From a virus (taxonomy: Duplodnaviria > Caudoviricetes), in IMG/VR virus record IMGVR_UViG_3300017697_000078, positions 1 to 27,031 of that record: DNA of 27,031 bases. One strand, written 5' to 3'. A program made the translations under genes and the position numbers. Shown here one piece after another: positions 24,082-27,031 of the stretch. Under the pieces are notes generated by a model. It had not been told where the DNA came from and searched no databases. It saw only the letters and a program-made list of their open reading frames with translations. The stretch's first letter is position 1; every line of letters starts with the position of its first letter.

Positions 24082-27031
24082 ATGGCAGTAACAACACGAT
24101 TGATGTCGCCGGGTAACTATAGCGTTAACTTCTCACAAGAATTCACACCAACAGAAATAATTGAAGCCATTAAAGAATGGGGTCATATTGTTCTTACACC
24201 TCAACAAGTCGACGTCACAACCTTAGCTGATTCTGATATATTATCTTCAGCAACATACACAGGTATTGTTTTAAACAGAACTCTTGAAGATGGAACTGTA
24301 ACAGTTAGTGGTCAAGGTCTTGAACTCTATATGGGTGACGGTGCTGCTAAAGGTATGGTCATTGCCGAATCAAACAATATAGGTAAAGTTCGTGTTTATA
24401 CAGGAACAACACTTGCAGAAACTTTATTTAACTCTACTGCACAAACTAATAAACCATTAGGACTAATGCTTGATGAAGCTGGTAACACACAAGCTATAAC
24501 ACAAGGAACGATAAATAACCCAGCATCAACTTATACTGGTCAGCATTTCGTAGAGACTGCTTTATCAGCTTTAAAGTTTGTATCAGAAACACTTGATGTA
24601 GAATACAGAGTTAATCCACAAGGAACCTTAGATGCAGGTCCAGCAGCAAACTTATTCAACGGTGTAGGAACTAGTGAGCCAAATACTATAGTTGTTAAAT
24701 CTGCTTATGGTGAAGACCCAGCATTAGAGGGTATAGTTCCACAGGGATTGAGAACAGAGTTTGATGCGACTGACTGGGTATCAAGAGTAGACTTTACTGG
24801 TGAAGTAGGTTTTTTTGACACAGCTACTGATGTGGCTGGTGAAGCAAATCTATCTTCAAACCCATACAAAGACTTACACGGAAATGCTCTTAAAAGAGTT
24901 GGGTTAGTTCAAGAACCGGATATTCCAGCAGCTAGTTTGAATGACAGAGCTTCAACTATGCTCAATGAATTATCAAGAGTAAAGAAAGTTCTTAACTTAG
25001 ATTTAACACAATATGAAGTAAATGGTGACTTATCAGCTGGAGACTTTATTTATGCGTTTGACCCGGATATAGGTTTCGTAGATAGCAGTGCAGATGCAAC
25101 AGCAGAATCAAGAGATTTATATGAAGTAACATTCCGTGGTGAAGTCATCAATCCAGTCAAGGTTCGTGTAATAGGTTTAACATTCCCAGTTATTGACGGA
25201 ATGGGTGTTTACTTTAGAGATAAAGATGGCAACTATACAGACCTATCTGAATATGTTCAATATGAAAATGGTTCTGCACAAGTAGAACTTGGTGATGTCA
25301 TAAGAACTATTGGAGATGACTTAAGATTCTCTGAGTATTCTTTATCAAGAGAAACAGCAGGTGCATTCTCTATACCGGACTTACCAGCAACACCAACATT
25401 ACAAGCAGGAACTTATTTAAATGCTACTGGAGACTCAGCAGGTTTCCTTAGAGCTGTTGTAGCTAAGCCTACAAATATTGATGGCTCACAGATAACAGAT
25501 GGTTCTCATTATAGAATAAGATACAAAAAGATTACTGATACTCAATACTCATATGCAAACTTCCCTTATACAGGAGTAAGTTCTGAGAGTTTATTGATAC
25601 AAGACTTAACTGTAGGTTCTACTTACGATGTAGGTGTAGCTGTAGTTGATAAATCGGGTTTCAAAAAGATGTCTGCTTATGATGGAACCGGAGAAGATTT
25701 ATATACAAACTCTTCTAGCGTTAATGCTAACTATGCAACAAATGCAAGAGTTGAAATAGAAAAAGATGGTCAAGCACCATCAAAACCAAAAGCAGCAACT
25801 ATTGCAGCAGGACCATTAAGAGTTCAAGTTACACATTACTTAGGTAAAGATGGAACAGATGGTGGAGGAAATCCTTATGGGAACTTTACTCTAGAAGGTG
25901 ATGTTGACCACTTAGATGTATATGCAGTAACACAAAGTGGTAACTCAGCAAACTTTACAGTTGCTACATCAAATAAGATTGGTGAAGTAAGGGTTACTTC
26001 CGGTAACTTGTTACAACAAATACCAGTCATTGCAACTATAGAACTTGAAGACTCAGAAGATTATTATTTTAGAATTATTGCTGTAGATAAATCCGGTAAC
26101 TCTTCAGACCCATCAGATGGACAAACTGCAACAGCTAACTTAATTGCAGAAGCTAATATTGCCGATGCAACTATAACTACAGCAAAAATAGGCGATGCAC
26201 AAATAACAACAGCTAAAATTGGTGATGCTCAAATTACCACAGCTAAAGTAAATGACTTATCAGCAGATAAACTAACTTCCGGAACAATAACTGGTGGAGA
26301 GATAACTGTTGGTGGTATATCTAATACAACTGGATTTATAAAATCTTATAACTTTTCTAGTGGTTCTGCCGGATGGGCAATCAATTCAGATGGTAGTGCA
26401 GAGTTCGCAAATGCAATTGTAAGAGGAACATTAAATGCTAGTGATATAACAGCAGGAACTTTAGACGCTTCCTCTATAACAGTATCAAACTTAAATGCTT
26501 CTAATATAAGCACAGGAACTCTAAATGTAGATAGACTTCCTAGTATTACAACTTCTCAAATAAACTTTGATGCAGGAGATATTGGTGGTGCAGAATCTGC
26601 AACTATTCTTGCGACAATAAATGCATCCTCAGAAGGATTATCAATAAATGCAGATAGATTAGATTTAAGTGGAACATTATCAGTAGGAGATGCTTTAGAC
26701 GTAGGTGGTTCTGATGCTTCTAGTTTTCACGTTGATGTAGACGGAAATATGTGGTTAGGAGCTGGAACTTATGCAGCTGCTCCATTTAAAGTTTCCAATG
26801 CTGGTGCTCTAGCGGCTAGTTCATTTTCTTTGACTGGTGGTAGTGCAACTAACCTAGCTTTAGAATTAGGAACAGATAGCGGTTCGGGTGCTCCGACTGC
26901 AGCATCTAGCACAGTTCTAAAAATAGGAACCTCAACTTTATTTGAAAGAAGTAATAAATTATTTTCTTCTAAACCTTTTGTAGTATTCCCCGATGGAGAT
27001 GAAGATAATCCTTCTCTCACAATTTCCGGTG
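24082..27031 (+). CDS. large tail tip / central fibre protein, partial (>980 aa), hub domain plus Fn3-like domains
   Basis: Missing from ORF track because it has no stop in the window; MAVTTRLMSPG...; Fn3-like LTVGSTYDVGVAVVD and YYFRIIAVDKSGNSS; gpJ-like IGDAQITTAK and GWAINSDGSAEF segments. Confidence 0.88.
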   Translation, partial: MAVTTRLMSPGNYSVNFSQEFTPTEIIEAIKEWGHIVLTPQQVDVTTLADSDILSSATYTGIVLNRTLEDGTVTVSGQGLELYMGDGAAKGMVIAESNNIGKVRVYTGTTLAETLFNSTAQTNKPLGLMLDEAGNTQAITQGTINNPASTYTGQHFVETALSALKFVSETLDVEYRVNPQGTLDAGPAANLFNGVGTSEPNTIVVKSAYGEDPALEGIVPQGLRTEFDATDWVSRVDFTGEVGFFDTATDVAGEANLSSNPYKDLHGNALKRVGLVQEPDIPAASLNDRASTMLNELSRVKKVLNLDLTQYEVNGDLSAGDFIYAFDPDIGFVDSSADATAESRDLYEVTFRGEVINPVKVRVIGLTFPVIDGMGVYFRDKDGNYTDLSEYVQYENGSAQVELGDVIRTIGDDLRFSEYSLSRETAGAFSIPDLPATPTLQAGTYLNATGDSAGFLRAVVAKPTNIDGSQITDGSHYRIRYKKITDTQYSYANFPYTGVSSESLLIQDLTVGSTYDVGVAVVDKSGFKKMSAYDGTGEDLYTNSSSVNANYATNARVEIEKDGQAPSKPKAATIAAGPLRVQVTHYLGKDGTDGGGNPYGNFTLEGDVDHLDVYAVTQSGNSANFTVATSNKIGEVRVTSGNLLQQIPVIATIELEDSEDYYFRIIAVDKSGNSSDPSDGQTATANLIAEANIADATITTAKIGDAQITTAKIGDAQITTAKVNDLSADKLTSGTITGGEITVGGISNTTGFIKSYNFSSGSAGWAINSDGSAEFANAIVRGTLNASDITAGTLDASSITVSNLNASNISTGTLNVDRLPSITTSQINFDAGDIGGAESATILATINASSEGLSINADRLDLSGTLSVGDALDVGGSDASSFHVDVDGNMWLGAGTYAAAPFKVSNAGALAASSFSLTGGSATNLALELGTDSGSGAPTAASSTVLKIGTSTLFERSNKLFSSKPFVVFPDGDEDNPSLTISG
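26158..26247 (+). repeat. three 30-nt coding repeats (I[A/G]DAxITTAK)
   Basis: IADATITTAK-IGDAQITTAK-IGDAQITTAK with mostly synonymous divergence. Confidence 0.8.

Noticed and set aside
26158-26247. 30-nt repeats as CRISPR or DGR repeat
   Set aside because: In-frame tandem coding repeats without spacers; typical tail-fibre motif; no cas or reverse transcriptase gene in the window.
28-27020. Other short ORFs overlapping genes (e.g. 28-327, 2847-3122, 3222-3419, 4222-4545, 11666-12037, 13495-13695, 17076-17507, 26769-27020)
   Set aside because: They overlap better-supported, translationally coupled genes or promoters and show no motifs.
1-27031. Stop-codon reassignment, introns or inteins
   Set aside because: TAA, TAG and TGA all end genes at sensible boundaries; TerL and capsid are uninterrupted and of normal size.
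24082-27031. Apparent 3-kb non-coding gap in the ORF track
   Set aside because: It is one open frame (tail tip protein) whose stop lies beyond the window.

Overview
AT-rich fragment of a tailed dsDNA phage with a siphovirus, HK97-fold head and a long non-contractile tail. Bases 1-5116 hold early/accessory genes behind sigma70-type promoters, including a PD-(D/E)XK-like protein, a G39P-like helicase loader and many small orphans. From 5272 the morphogenesis genes run in canonical order: TerL, an unusually long portal, prohead protease, major capsid, connectors, tail terminator, major tail protein, -1 frameshifted chaperone, tape measure, a distal tail protein and a large tail-tip protein running off the end. 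An accessory cassette (12622-15357, partly inverted, with a secreted transglycosylase and a multi-HTH protein) interrupts them. Leaderless genes and protein motifs suggest a low-GC actinobacterial host (inference). The most interesting signals are: (1) intergenic structured RNAs (5149-5250, 4285-4345, 2484-2800) whose unpaired segments are complementary to the 5' leaders/RBS of the phage's own early operons, a candidate antisense-RNA circuit; (2) a portal carrying C-terminal modules separated by (E)K-A motifs, possibly released by the prohead protease; (3) apparent avoidance of CCWGR/YCWGG and GATC. All family calls are from motif recognition by eye; no searches were run.
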